Under the pieces are notes generated by a model that did no database searches, was not told the DNA's origin, and saw only the letters and a list, made by a program, of their open reading frames with translations. DNA of 17,905 bases from Zygnema circumcarinatum SAG 698-1b. Taxonomy: Eukaryota; Plantae; Zygnematophyceae. Of this stretch, positions 9,239-17,905 are shown piece by piece; within the stretch, counting starts at the first letter, position 1, and each line of letters begins with the position of its first letter. The translations under genes were made by a program, and so were the position numbers. The stretch spans positions 1-17,905 of the forward strand of contig JBBHKD010000057.1 of the NCBI GenBank assembly GCA_037447605.1. The letters are read 5' to 3'.

Positions 9239-10001
9239 CCCACATGAAAGTTCACTTCCCACCCTTTGAACCTATCTTCTCTTACTCACTACCTCACAAC
9301 ACGAGCAAGGCAGCCTAGCAACACGAGCTGGCACAGAATGAGAGACAGACTAGATTACCTACCAAACACACAACACACGCTATATACTATATGGCGTTGT
9401 GACGTGACACACATGTCACGTCACGGCCGCCATAGCTGGCCCTTGCATTCGGCAAAGCGGCGCACTCAGAATAGCGACCTACGGTAGTGGTCTCGTAAAC
9501 CTACGACGACACCGACCTATTTCCGTCCTATCCGTACAGTGCCGCCGCTCGTCGGGTACCCTTGCCCCATTACCCCGACGCCTGACTCCGTCGCCGTACG
9601 CTCCGAACAAGCGGGCCCACTCGATGGTGGCCGCGTGGCGTACTTGATTGGTTCGCCCATTAAACGGCGTGGCAGGCATTTCATAGGTAAACCCCGGCGT
9701 CACCGTAGCACCGCTCCAGCGTCCTACGCGCCCGGGCCAAATGTCCAATCATCGCCCCAGCATCCGTACCCTGGCGCGCCCATCCGGCGCCACGACCAAT
9801 CAGCTCCGCGCGTCTCCAAGTTACCGCCGCGATCAATCACGGCCGTTCATCCACACTCCGCCCGCGCGCGCTACAAGCGCACCTCAGAACTTAAGTTGCT
9901 GACGTCATCGCGACTCATACTAGGTAGTTTCCATGACTGAGTACCACAACCAAGTTAGTGTGTACTATGTAATGCTTAACTATCATACACTAACACTAAC
10001 A
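9239..10001 (-). repeat. Copia 3' LTR (last ~235 bp lost in gap)
   Basis: Begins TGTTAGTG on minus right after the PPT; one substitution (9548 C vs 14942 T) in the ~325 bp comparable before the right-hand gap. Confidence 0.92.
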
Positions 10002-10012
10002 ATCCCCCTCTT
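10002..10012 (-). other. Polypurine tract
   Basis: AAGAGGGGGAT directly before the TG of the 3' LTR, a few nt after the pol stop. Confidence 0.88.
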
Positions 10013-10017
10013 GGGAC

Positions 10018-13000
10018 TCAGTCTCTCATGGGCCCCAGCCCAATAAGCCTGCTATTCACTAGTATGGTCTCTCCGCTAACACCTTTTGTCAACATATCTG
10101 CAGCCTGCTCTTTTGTTCCAACGAACTTCACAACGATCATCCCTTCCTCCACCAACTCTCGCACATAGTGATACTGCACTCTGATGTGCTTGGTCCTCTT
10201 GTGGAACACTGGATTTTCCACCAAGGCAATGGACGACTGATTATCCGTGAACAGAGCCACGGGCAGTTGCGGCCTCTTACACTCCTCGAAGAAATGTTGA
10301 AACCACACTCCCTCCTTCGCTGCATGGCAAGCCCCCATGTACTCGCCCTCGGTGCTTGACAACGCCACTGAATCTTGAAGCTTGGAGCTCCACGAGATGG
10401 CTCCGCCTCCATTCAGGAATACGAATCCTGAAGTTGATCTTGACGTGTCCACGTCACCACCCCAATCTGAATCGGTGTAACCAATCACACGATTCGGCCC
10501 CCTCTCATATCTGAGGCCGTACTCCAAGGTTCCCCGCACATACCTGAAGATTCTCTTCACGGCTTCCCAATGTTCGGGTCCTGGATTCTCCATGAACCGA
10601 CTTGCTGTGCTCACGGCTTTGGCCAAGTCCGGTCGCGTACCAATCATCAGGTACATGAGACTTCCGATAGCAGATCTGTACGGCACTCCGTACATCCGCT
10701 GTACCTCCGCATCCGTTGCGGGCGACATATCCTTCGAAAGTCGCGCCCCGATCTCCATCGGGCTGGTGCACGGTCTGCAATCCTCCATGTGAAATCTCGC
10801 AAGTACATCCATCGCGTACTTCTTCTGACTCAGGAAGAGGCTGCCGTCCTGCCCCCTCTTCAGCTGAATCCCTAACAGATACTGCGCCTCCCCTAGATCC
10901 GACATCTTGAAGTTAGCTTGCAAGAGCTGCTTTAGATTATTGATTCTCTCCAACGAGAGACTCACCATAATGAGGTCGTCAACGTAGATCCCAACGTACA
11001 TGAGATCCTCCCCCTCTCCTTGTCGGTAGACGGAATGATCCGTCTCAAATCGCGCAAATCCGTTCCTCCTGAGAAGATCGTCTATCTTCTCGTACCATAT
11101 CCTGGGCGCCTGTTTCAGTCCGTACAGGCTCTTCACTAAGCGACAAACGAGATGCTCTTGACCGGGAGTCACCTTTCCTTCGGGCTGCTCCATGTAGATC
11201 TCCTCGGTGAGATCTCCGTACAAAAACGCGGTCTTGATGTCCAACTGATGGACATGCATCCCCTCCGCAGCTGCAATCGAGATCAAGGCTCTAAGGGAGT
11301 TGAATTTCACCACTGGGGCAAAGGTCTCCGTATAGTCAACTCCGTACTTCTGGCTGAAGCCTTTCGCCACCAGCCGCGCCTTGTAGCGGTCGACGCTCCC
11401 GTCAGCTTTCCGCTTCACCTTGAACACCCACTTGCATCCAATGGCTTTCCTTCCTCTCGGCAGCTTCTGCAGTCGCCACGTGCCATTCTCAATCAGACTA
11501 TCCCATTCGCTGTCTATCGCCGCTCTCCACTTATCTCCATCGACCCCATCATGAGCCTCCATAAACGTTTGCGGCTCGGTAATCATGAAGCAATGAGCAA
11601 CACCTGCGAGATCAGCGGAGTCTGAAGGCACTCTCTCTTGCACCAGGTTATTTTGTGAGGGCCTGAAACGATCAGGCTTCCTCACCGCTCGGCTGCTCCT
11701 CCGGACTCCTTGCACTCTCCCACTTCTTGGGTTGAAGAAGATGCCGGGAACAAACCCTGGAGGCATGTTCGATAACATCGCCTCTCTCTCTTCCGCCTCC
11801 AAGTCATCAGACCCTTGTCGATGCAATGGAACGGTCTCGTCCGAGTTCTCCTCGTCTGACAGATGCTTGTGTACCGGAGCCGTCTCCACCGAGCCTTGCG
11901 GTTCTCCCGCATGCGGCGCTTCGGGTTCGTCTCCGACTGTCGCCTCAACGCTTGGTGCTGCCTCTGGCTCAGCTCTTCCGCTCACTGGCGTGCTGATCTC
12001 CTCCAAGGCCGGGACTGGGGAAGCGTCGGCGCCTCCTCCACTAGTCTCCACATCCTCGTACACAATTTCCAAATCTGCCTTCTGGGGTCGGCTCTCACCT
12101 AGTCGTGCCACCGCCCCTCTCTCATCCACCGTGACATCCCTCGAACTCTGAACTTCATTCAATCGAGGGTTCCACACCCTGTAGGTGCGACTGTCAGCGT
12201 TGTAGCCGAGAATGTACCCTTCTACGGCTCTCGGGTCGAACTTCCTCTTCTGCTTCGCTTTCGGAACTGTCGACCAACACCGCGCTCCGAATGCCTTCAG
12301 GTGAGTGACCGTGGGTTTCCTCCCACTCCACACCTCCTCAGGAACGTGATCCTTGAGGACAGAGGATGGACATCTGTTCCTAAGGTAAGCGGCAGTCATC
12401 ACTGCCTCTCCCCAAAAAGATGCCTGAAATGGGGAATCAATCAGCATGGTCCGCGCCATGTCCCCCAACGTCCTGTTAACTCTCTCAGCAGCTCCATTAC
12501 TTTGAGGGGAATAGGGAGCAGAGAATTCATGCCTTATGCCTCGAGACTTGAGGTATTCACCAAACTCCTTGGACTTGAACTCGCCTCCGTTATCTGAACG
12601 AAGAGTCTTCAACTTGTGTCCAGTCTCTCTCTCCATCTGAATCTGCCAATCTCTGAAGGCTCCGAATGCCTCAGACTTGTTCTTGAGAATCTTCACCCAG
12701 ATCTTCCTCGAAAAATCGTCAAGAAAGGTGATGAAGTAGCGGGCTCCTCCTGTCGTTGCCGGTGTCACGGGACCGCAGAGATCGGTATGGACTAACTCCA
12801 ACTTCTCCTTCGCATGGAACGCCTCTTCTCCACTCCTCGCAAACGGTCTCCTATGCGCCTTCCCCTCCACACACTCTTTGCAAAAACCGAGCTCCTTCTC
12901 AACTACGTCAACATCCAACCCACGGACCAGCCCCTTTTCTGACAGTTGCTGCAAGCCCCTATGGTTGAGGTGACCAAGTCTACGATGCCAGAGATTCACT

Positions 13001-14484
13001 ACATCTTCAGCCACGGCCATGACTTCCTCATCTTCTTCTCTCCTATAGTGAAGGTAATACAACCCTCCTTTCTCAAACCCCTTAAACAGCTGCTTCCCCG
13101 TCACAAGGTGAGTAGCTACACATGACTTCTCTCTGAACGTGACCTCATACCCCTTCTTACACACTTGGCTAACAGACATAAAATTCTGTTTCAGCTCAGG
13201 GGTGTGAAGGACGTCACCGATGCAGAGGCGCTCTTGCCTCTTTTCTTCGTAGATCACGGAGCCGTCTCCGAGGATCATCTTGACTTCACCTCCTTTCGTG
13301 ACTGTCACTCCCTCTCCGGTAGCTGAGTGAACGGAACGTGTCCTCTCCAACGTGTCCAACGTGGAAAACATTTGCTTGTCGCCACACATGTGTGTGGAAG
13401 CGCCAGAGTCGATCAGCCATGGCCGCTTCAGATCCTGAACCTGGATCTTCCCAACAAAGTCAGAATGTTCAGTCACCATGAGGTTGGTCTCCACCGCCAC
13501 TCTGCAATCTGCACTCTTGTGGCCACGCTTCTTGCACTTGAAGCAGGTCCCCTTGAACCCCTTCTTATCCTTCTTGATGGATGACGAAGCGCCTCCTCCC
13601 CGATCTGGGGTCCCCTTGTTCTTGTAACAGTCTGCCGAGTAGTGGCCGCTCTTGCCACACGTGTAGCACACTCCCGCAGGACGCTCTCCTCGGTCTGACT
13701 TCACCGCGCCTCCTCTTCGGTCTTGACGTGTGTGCAGCGCGAGCACCTTCTCCTCGGTGCTGCCAACGTCTTGAACTGAGTCCTCCTCCTTGATCCTTCG
13801 CTTCACTTGCTCAAGGGTCATTTTCGAATTTGTTAGGACGGTTCTAAGAGCCGCAACTGCTACATCAAAACGGGCAGGCAGTCCCCCCAGAAACTGGCTA
13901 ATCTTATGATCACTCTCTAATGGTTTCTGAAGGGCTATGAACCTTTCCATCAGAGTATCAAACCTGACCATATATTCGCTAAGTTTCTCATCTGAGGACA
14001 TCTTCATTTTCCCTAGCTGCGTGTAAAGGTTGACAATCGTCACATTATCCTTTACATCATACATCTCTTCTAAGCACCTCCACATCGCATGTGAGGTCTT
14101 GAGATCATACAGCATAGAGGAGGGACTTCCCCTCACACTCATGACGATCTGGGTAAGGGCCTTGTTGTCCTTGGCCTTCCATCTGGTGAGCGCCGTGTCG
14201 AACTCCGACTGCTGCTCCGCCGTGGCTCCCTCCGGTAGCACTGGTGCCTTGATGGTGCCGTCAACGTACCCCAACAGCCCCTTGCCCACGAGCAAGGGGA
14301 CCAGCCGCCACCTCCACCCCTTGTAGTCCGATCCATCGAACGCCGGGATGCTGAACTTCACGTGGTCCTCGTCGCCACCATTGGCTCTGATACCACTTGT
14401 TGAAGTAGGGGACATCTCGCTACTTCCGGCTCCACCTCGCGTGTCGCCCTCCACAGGAACTCGTGTTCCCACCGATGAAGACAT
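10018..14484 (-). CDS. Copia Gag-Pol polyprotein (gag, 2 zinc knuckles, protease, integrase, RT, RNase H)
   Basis: CYTCGKSGHYSADC and CFKCKKRGHKSADC; WLIDSGASTHM; LWHRRLGH...CKEC; HTDLCGP / LRSDNGGEF / NGAAER; YKARLVAKG, QLDIKTAFL, YVDDL; YTDSDW, STEGEY, TDNQS, ADMLTK. IN precedes RT (copia order). First ATG at 14484 (14490 is GTG). Confidence 0.97.
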   Translation of the reverse strand: MSSSVGTRVPVEGDTRGGAGSSEMSPTSTSGIRANGGDEDHVKFSIPAFDGSDYKGWRWRLVPLLVGKGLLGYVDGTIKAPVLPEGATAEQQSEFDTALTRWKAKDNKALTQIVMSVRGSPSSMLYDLKTSHAMWRCLEEMYDVKDNVTIVNLYTQLGKMKMSSDEKLSEYMVRFDTLMERFIALQKPLESDHKISQFLGGLPARFDVAVAALRTVLTNSKMTLEQVKRRIKEEDSVQDVGSTEEKVLALHTRQDRRGGAVKSDRGERPAGVCYTCGKSGHYSADCYKNKGTPDRGGGASSSIKKDKKGFKGTCFKCKKRGHKSADCRVAVETNLMVTEHSDFVGKIQVQDLKRPWLIDSGASTHMCGDKQMFSTLDTLERTRSVHSATGEGVTVTKGGEVKMILGDGSVIYEEKRQERLCIGDVLHTPELKQNFMSVSQVCKKGYEVTFREKSCVATHLVTGKQLFKGFEKGGLYYLHYRREEDEEVMAVAEDVVNLWHRRLGHLNHRGLQQLSEKGLVRGLDVDVVEKELGFCKECVEGKAHRRPFARSGEEAFHAKEKLELVHTDLCGPVTPATTGGARYFITFLDDFSRKIWVKILKNKSEAFGAFRDWQIQMERETGHKLKTLRSDNGGEFKSKEFGEYLKSRGIRHEFSAPYSPQSNGAAERVNRTLGDMARTMLIDSPFQASFWGEAVMTAAYLRNRCPSSVLKDHVPEEVWSGRKPTVTHLKAFGARCWSTVPKAKQKRKFDPRAVEGYILGYNADSRTYRVWNPRLNEVQSSRDVTVDERGAVARLGESRPQKADLEIVYEDVETSGGGADASPVPALEEISTPVSGRAEPEAAPSVEATVGDEPEAPHAGEPQGSVETAPVHKHLSDEENSDETVPLHRQGSDDLEAEEREAMLSNMPPGFVPGIFFNPRSGRVQGVRRSSRAVRKPDRFRPSQNNLVQERVPSDSADLAGVAHCFMITEPQTFMEAHDGVDGDKWRAAIDSEWDSLIENGTWRLQKLPRGRKAIGCKWVFKVKRKADGSVDRYKARLVAKGFSQKYGVDYTETFAPVVKFNSLRALISIAAAEGMHVHQLDIKTAFLYGDLTEEIYMEQPEGKVTPGQEHLVCRLVKSLYGLKQAPRIWYEKIDDLLRRNGFARFETDHSVYRQGEGEDLMYVGIYVDDLIMVSLSLERINNLKQLLQANFKMSDLGEAQYLLGIQLKRGQDGSLFLSQKKYAMDVLARFHMEDCRPCTSPMEIGARLSKDMSPATDAEVQRMYGVPYRSAIGSLMYLMIGTRPDLAKAVSTASRFMENPGPEHWEAVKRIFRYVRGTLEYGLRYERGPNRVIGYTDSDWGGDVDTSRSTSGFVFLNGGGAISWSSKLQDSVALSSTEGEYMGACHAAKEGVWFQHFFEECKRPQLPVALFTDNQSSIALVENPVFHKRTKHIRVQYHYVRELVEEGMIVVKFVGTKEQAADMLTKGVSGETILVNSRLIGLGPMRD
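14383..14395 (-). other. Primer binding site (initiator tRNA-Met)
   Basis: TGGTATCAGAGCC, 2 nt after the LTR-terminal CA. Confidence 0.93.
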
Positions 14485-15126
14485 TTCCACTCTTGCACTC
14501 TCAAAGCTCTATCTCACAATTCACTCATCGCCCATAACTACAGAATGAACACCAGAGACAAGCACAGCGGAAATCAATCGAGAGAAGTGTAGGAGAAAGC
14601 TCACGGCTCTAAAACTCCTTAATAAATGTCTTCCCACATGAAAGTTCACTTCCCACCCTTTGAACCTATCTTCTCTTACTCACTACCTCACAACACGAGC
14701 AAGGCAGCCTAGCAACACGAGCTGGCACAGAATGAGAGACAGACTAGATTACCTACCAAACACACAACACACGCTATATACTATATGGCGTTGTGACGTG
14801 ACACACATGTCACGTCACGGCCGCCATAGCTGGCCCTTGCATTCGGCAAAGCGGCGCACTCAGAATAGCGACCTACGGTAGTGGTCTCGTAAACCTACGA
14901 CGACACCGACCTATTTCCGTCCTATCCGTACAGTGCCGCCGTTCGTCGGGTACCCTTTACATTTTCGGCCGCCGACNNNNNNNNNNCCGCGCGCGCTACA
15001 AGCGCACCTCAGAACTTAAGTTGCTGACGTCATCGCGACTCATACTAGGTAGTTTCCATGACTGAGTACCACAACCAAGTTAGTGTGTACTATGTAATGC
15101 TTAACTATCATACACTAACACTAACA
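14398..15126 (-). repeat. Copia 5' LTR (contains gap; full LTR ~1.0 kb from the two partial copies)
   Basis: Minus strand TGTTAGTG...TTCAACA; matches 9239-10001 at offsets 5394 and 5125 on either side of the gap. Confidence 0.92.
14775..14818 (-). promoter_or_regulatory. Putative LTR promoter: TGACG-containing 11-bp palindrome next to a TATA-like box (also at 9381-9424)
   Basis: GTGACGTGACA-caca-TGTCACGTCAC followed on minus by ATATAGTATATAG. Confidence 0.5.
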
Positions 15127-16233
15127 AGCGCGAGCAACCATGCGATACAAAACCTCCCCTACGGCTATGGGGCGAACTCCCCCTGCAGGCTTGGCAAGGG
15201 CAACCAAACGAGCTGACGTAAGAATATGACTCACGGACGAGGGAACACGACCCTGCGATATGACACAAGCAAGCTGAAAAAGCAAACCAAACCCACTATC
15301 CCCGGTGTCTGGAGAAAACACATCACGAAGCAACTCATAAACCATGCCCGAAGGCCCCCCTGCAGACAAATGAGGGGAGCGAGTAAGCGCCCGAATGAAA
15401 GCGGCACGATCAAGCACAAACGAGTCGACAGGCTCAAAAGTGTCGATGAAGGAAGGGACATCCGCAGGCGCATCCGGATGGAGAGTCCGAAGGCGATCCA
15501 AAGTGTCGTTGTTGGCCGGGGCGGGCGTAAAGGGTCGAAGAGCGCGAGCAGCGCGAGACAACTCCCCGCATCGGCCTAACTGAACTGCCCGACGATGTCG
15601 AGCGGAGGCGTCCGAAAGGGAGGGCGGGCGAGTGGCGGCAGACGCCGACAGGGCACGAATGCGATCAGCGTGCTCGGCCTGCAAAAGCTCCCAATCCCCA
15701 CCCAAAAAACGAAGACATCGCCGACGGGTCTCGCGAACGGCGCTGGCCCCACCACGAGGGGGCAAAATTAAAACCCAAAGGGGGAAAAGAAGAAGGACAT
15801 GCCAAGCAGCAACATCTGATGGATCACACGCAAGACGAGCAAGAGGCAAACGCAAAGCATCACGAACACAAACACGCAAAGCCCGTGGGATACGAGCGTA
15901 AAGACGAGGACGACGGGACCCAACAAAAAACGACCCAAGGACATCTAAAGACCGAGCATACGCCCAAGCAGCCGGACTAGGCCCAACATGCAAAGTAGAC
16001 CCAGGGGTGGCAGTGACGGGTAGAGAAGAAGAGGGAGTAGAAGAAGGGTCGACAATGGGAGGAGGACGAAGAGGACACGCGCGCATATGCCGGGACAAAC
16101 CCGCACCCTGACCAAAACAATTTCCACAATGATCACAAGGAACCCGGGGGAGAGGCCTGGGGCGAGCAGCGGGAGGGGAAGAAGGAAGAGGGGAAGAACG
16201 GACAGGAGGGGGAAGAGCAACAGCAGATGACAA
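15127..16233 (-). pseudogene. Non-LTR ORF N-terminal part: CCHC zinc finger + start of reverse transcriptase, interrupted by copia LTR
   Basis: CDHCGNCFGQGAGLSRHMRAC; GELSRAARAL; LRTLHP; SAGGPSG; ARLVALAKPAGGVRPIAVGEVLYRMVARA, then LTR TGTTAG. Start position uncertain (no ATG upstream of the finger). Confidence 0.85.
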
Positions 16234-16250
16234 GGCAAGGGGTGGGAAGG

Positions 16251-16390
16251 GGAAGGGAAGGGAAGGGAAGGGAAGGGAAGGGAAGGGAAGGGAAGGGAAG
16301 GGAAGGGAAGGGAAGGGAAGGGAAGGGAAGGGAAGGGAAGGGAAGGGAAGGGAAGGGAAGGGAAGGGAAGGGAAGGGAAGGGAAGGGAAG
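16251..16390. repeat. (GGAAG)28 microsatellite, followed by a degenerate purine tract to ~16990, in the 5' region of the non-LTR element
   Basis: 140 nt of perfect ggaag pentamer. Confidence 0.95.
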
Positions 16391-17218
16391 GGAGAAGGGA
16401 AGGGGAGGGAGAGGAAAGGAAAGGAATGGCGAGAGGAATAAGGGTACGGAAAAGAAGGGGAAGGGGAAAGGATAAGGGAAGGGGATGGAAGGGAAGGGGT
16501 AGAGGAAGGGGAGGGAAAGAAAGGGAGAGGAGGCGGGGGGGGGGGAGGAAAGGGAAGGGAAGAGGAGGGAAGAGAAGGGACAGGAAAGAGAAGAGAGAAG
16601 GGAGAAGAAAGGGGGGAATACGGGAAAGGAAGGGGATGGGAAAGGAAAGGAGGAGGGAAAGGAAAGGAGAGGAGGAGAAACGGGGAGGAAAGAGGGAAGG
16701 GAAGGGAAGGGAGAAGGGAAGGGGAGGGGAAATGAGAAGGGGGGGGGGAGAAGGAAAAGGAAGGGGCAGGACAAAGGAAGGGATTGGAAGGGAAGGGATA
16801 GGGAAACAGAGGTGGAGGAATAAGGAAAGGAAGGGAAGGGAAGGGACCAGGGAGGCGACGGGAAGGGAGAAGGGAAAGGAAGGAGAAAAACAGCAGAAAA
16901 GGGTGGAAAGGGCATAAAAGGCGAGAGCAGCTCAAAAAGAAGAAGCACAAGGACGAAGAGACGCAAAGGGGGAGACAAAAGGGAAAACGCAACACAGCAA
17001 GACAAGCTACGGCAGAAAATCGCCCTGACGGCGTTTTTAACTGTCCTCTTGCTGCCTGGCTGGACTTGAACCAAACGACAAAATCAATGTACAAACGGTC
17101 AATGTTTGGTGGGACAGGACGATTTCCGCCGCCTGCGGTACATCCAGTTGGTCGGTGCCAGCAAGTCGTTCACAACACGACGTCAAAAGTTTACGGAATG
17201 AGTTGATCATGCACGCGA

Positions 17219-17693
17219 CTGGAATATATGACGTCACAGAAGGTTTCTTTTCGACTTGCCGCGGACCAATCGTTCGGTCGTCCTGGAGGCGCCGCAAATC
17301 TATCGCGACGGATAACGCATCGGACGGCCGAGAATTGCGCTTGGATCCATCGGACAGTCGAAAACGCGCCACGTCGGATTTCACATTTTTATTTTTTGTG
17401 GGCGGCTGGTTCCTGGGTTTTCCTGATAGTGACGTGGTGCATCCTCATTTCCCAGAAATTTCTCCTATAACCGTATGTGAATTCCACGCCTCTATCACGA
17501 AAACCCAGGAACCTGCCGCAAACAAAAAATAAAAATGGGATATCAGCCGTGGCGCGCTGTCGACTATGCGATGGATCCCACCACAATTCTCGGTTGTCCG
17601 ATGCGACATCGGCCGCGAGAGATTTGCGGCACCTCCAGGAAGACCGTACAATAGGTCCCGGCCGGGAGGGTTTTGTGACGTCATATATTCCAG
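17219..17693. repeat. Long imperfect inverted repeat (fold-back / MITE-like)
   Basis: Arms 17219-17437 and 17484-17693, ~46-nt loop; outer 20 bp are perfect (ctggaatatatgacgtcaca). Confidence 0.88.
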
Positions 17694-17905
17694 ATACGCC
17701 ATTATCAGCCACCTGCCCGCAGCCAATCATGGAGCTCAATGGACATTGACGTGGCATAAATCCCATTGACTGTACATAAATTCCGAATATTGCAAGCATC
17801 TTGAACGTACATAATGTCGGTGGATCGAAACCGTCACCCGTACGAAGAATGGCGGCCCCATGGTATACAGTACTGTACTGAACTGTACTGAACACTAACC
17901 GTCCA

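Larger units (their letters stand above)
9239..15126 (-). mobile_element. Ty1/copia LTR retrotransposon, intact ORF, recent insertion
   Basis: Two near-identical LTRs, tRNA-Met PBS, PPT, single gag-PR-IN-RT-RH ORF; left terminus and left TSD are lost in the gap. Confidence 0.97.
8934..17021 (-). mobile_element. CRE-clade-like non-LTR retrotransposon (RLE type), apparently full-length, split by a copia insertion; middle part hidden in gap 9229-9238
   Basis: N-terminal C-x2-C-x12-H-x3-C finger, early RT motifs, C-terminal ISVALQR motif, 3' UTR with AATGAAA and short (CT)n tail; TSD GCCCTGACGG at 8924-8933 and 17022-17031. Confidence 0.82.

Noticed and set aside
9266-9487. Identical 73-aa ORFs at 9266 and 14660
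   Set aside because: A consequence of LTR duplication; non-ATG start and no motifs.
10137-14548. Many short antisense or alternate-frame ORFs within the copia
   Set aside because: Shadow ORFs of the gag-pol frame.
14958-14976. Divergent segment between the two LTRs
   Set aside because: It abuts an N gap and is most likely low-quality contig-end sequence.
16133-17074. Overlapping low-complexity ORFs (FPSLP / GKGRE repeats)
   Set aside because: Translations of (GGAAG)n and the adjacent purine tract.
15121-17094. 657-aa ORF as one protein with a long P/F/S/L-rich N-terminus
   Set aside because: It starts at a TTG outside the element, crosses the TSD and ends in the LTR. The N-terminal half is microsatellite that is stop-free because of its composition.
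17037-17895. Mutually similar ORFs on opposite strands (e.g. GPIVRSSWR...)
   Set aside because: They arise from the inverted-repeat arms; no recognisable domain.

Overview
Eukaryotic (streptophyte: plant or streptophyte alga) genomic scaffold with four 10-N gaps (4483-4492, 5687-5696, 9229-9238, 14977-14986). Left half: (i) an intron-rich LRR receptor-like kinase (+, 64-3059) with an apparent deletion between the LRR and TM exons and a damaged last splice acceptor; (ii) a PLD beta/gamma/delta-type phospholipase D pseudogene (-, ~4600-5681); (iii) a decayed one-LRR-per-exon array (-, 5928-6895) that shares an exon+intron module with the kinase, with the intron better conserved than the exon. 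Right half is a three-level nest. A ~227-bp repeat present in two direct copies (8337-8563; 8724-8933 + 17032-17048) was interrupted near its end by a CRE-like RLE non-LTR retrotransposon (-, 8934-17021, TSD GCCCTGACGG). The RT of that element was in turn interrupted by a young Ty1/copia LTR retrotransposon with an intact ORF (-, visible 9239-15126). A ~475-bp imperfect fold-back lies near the right end (17219-17693). All identities are hand counts; no searches were run.
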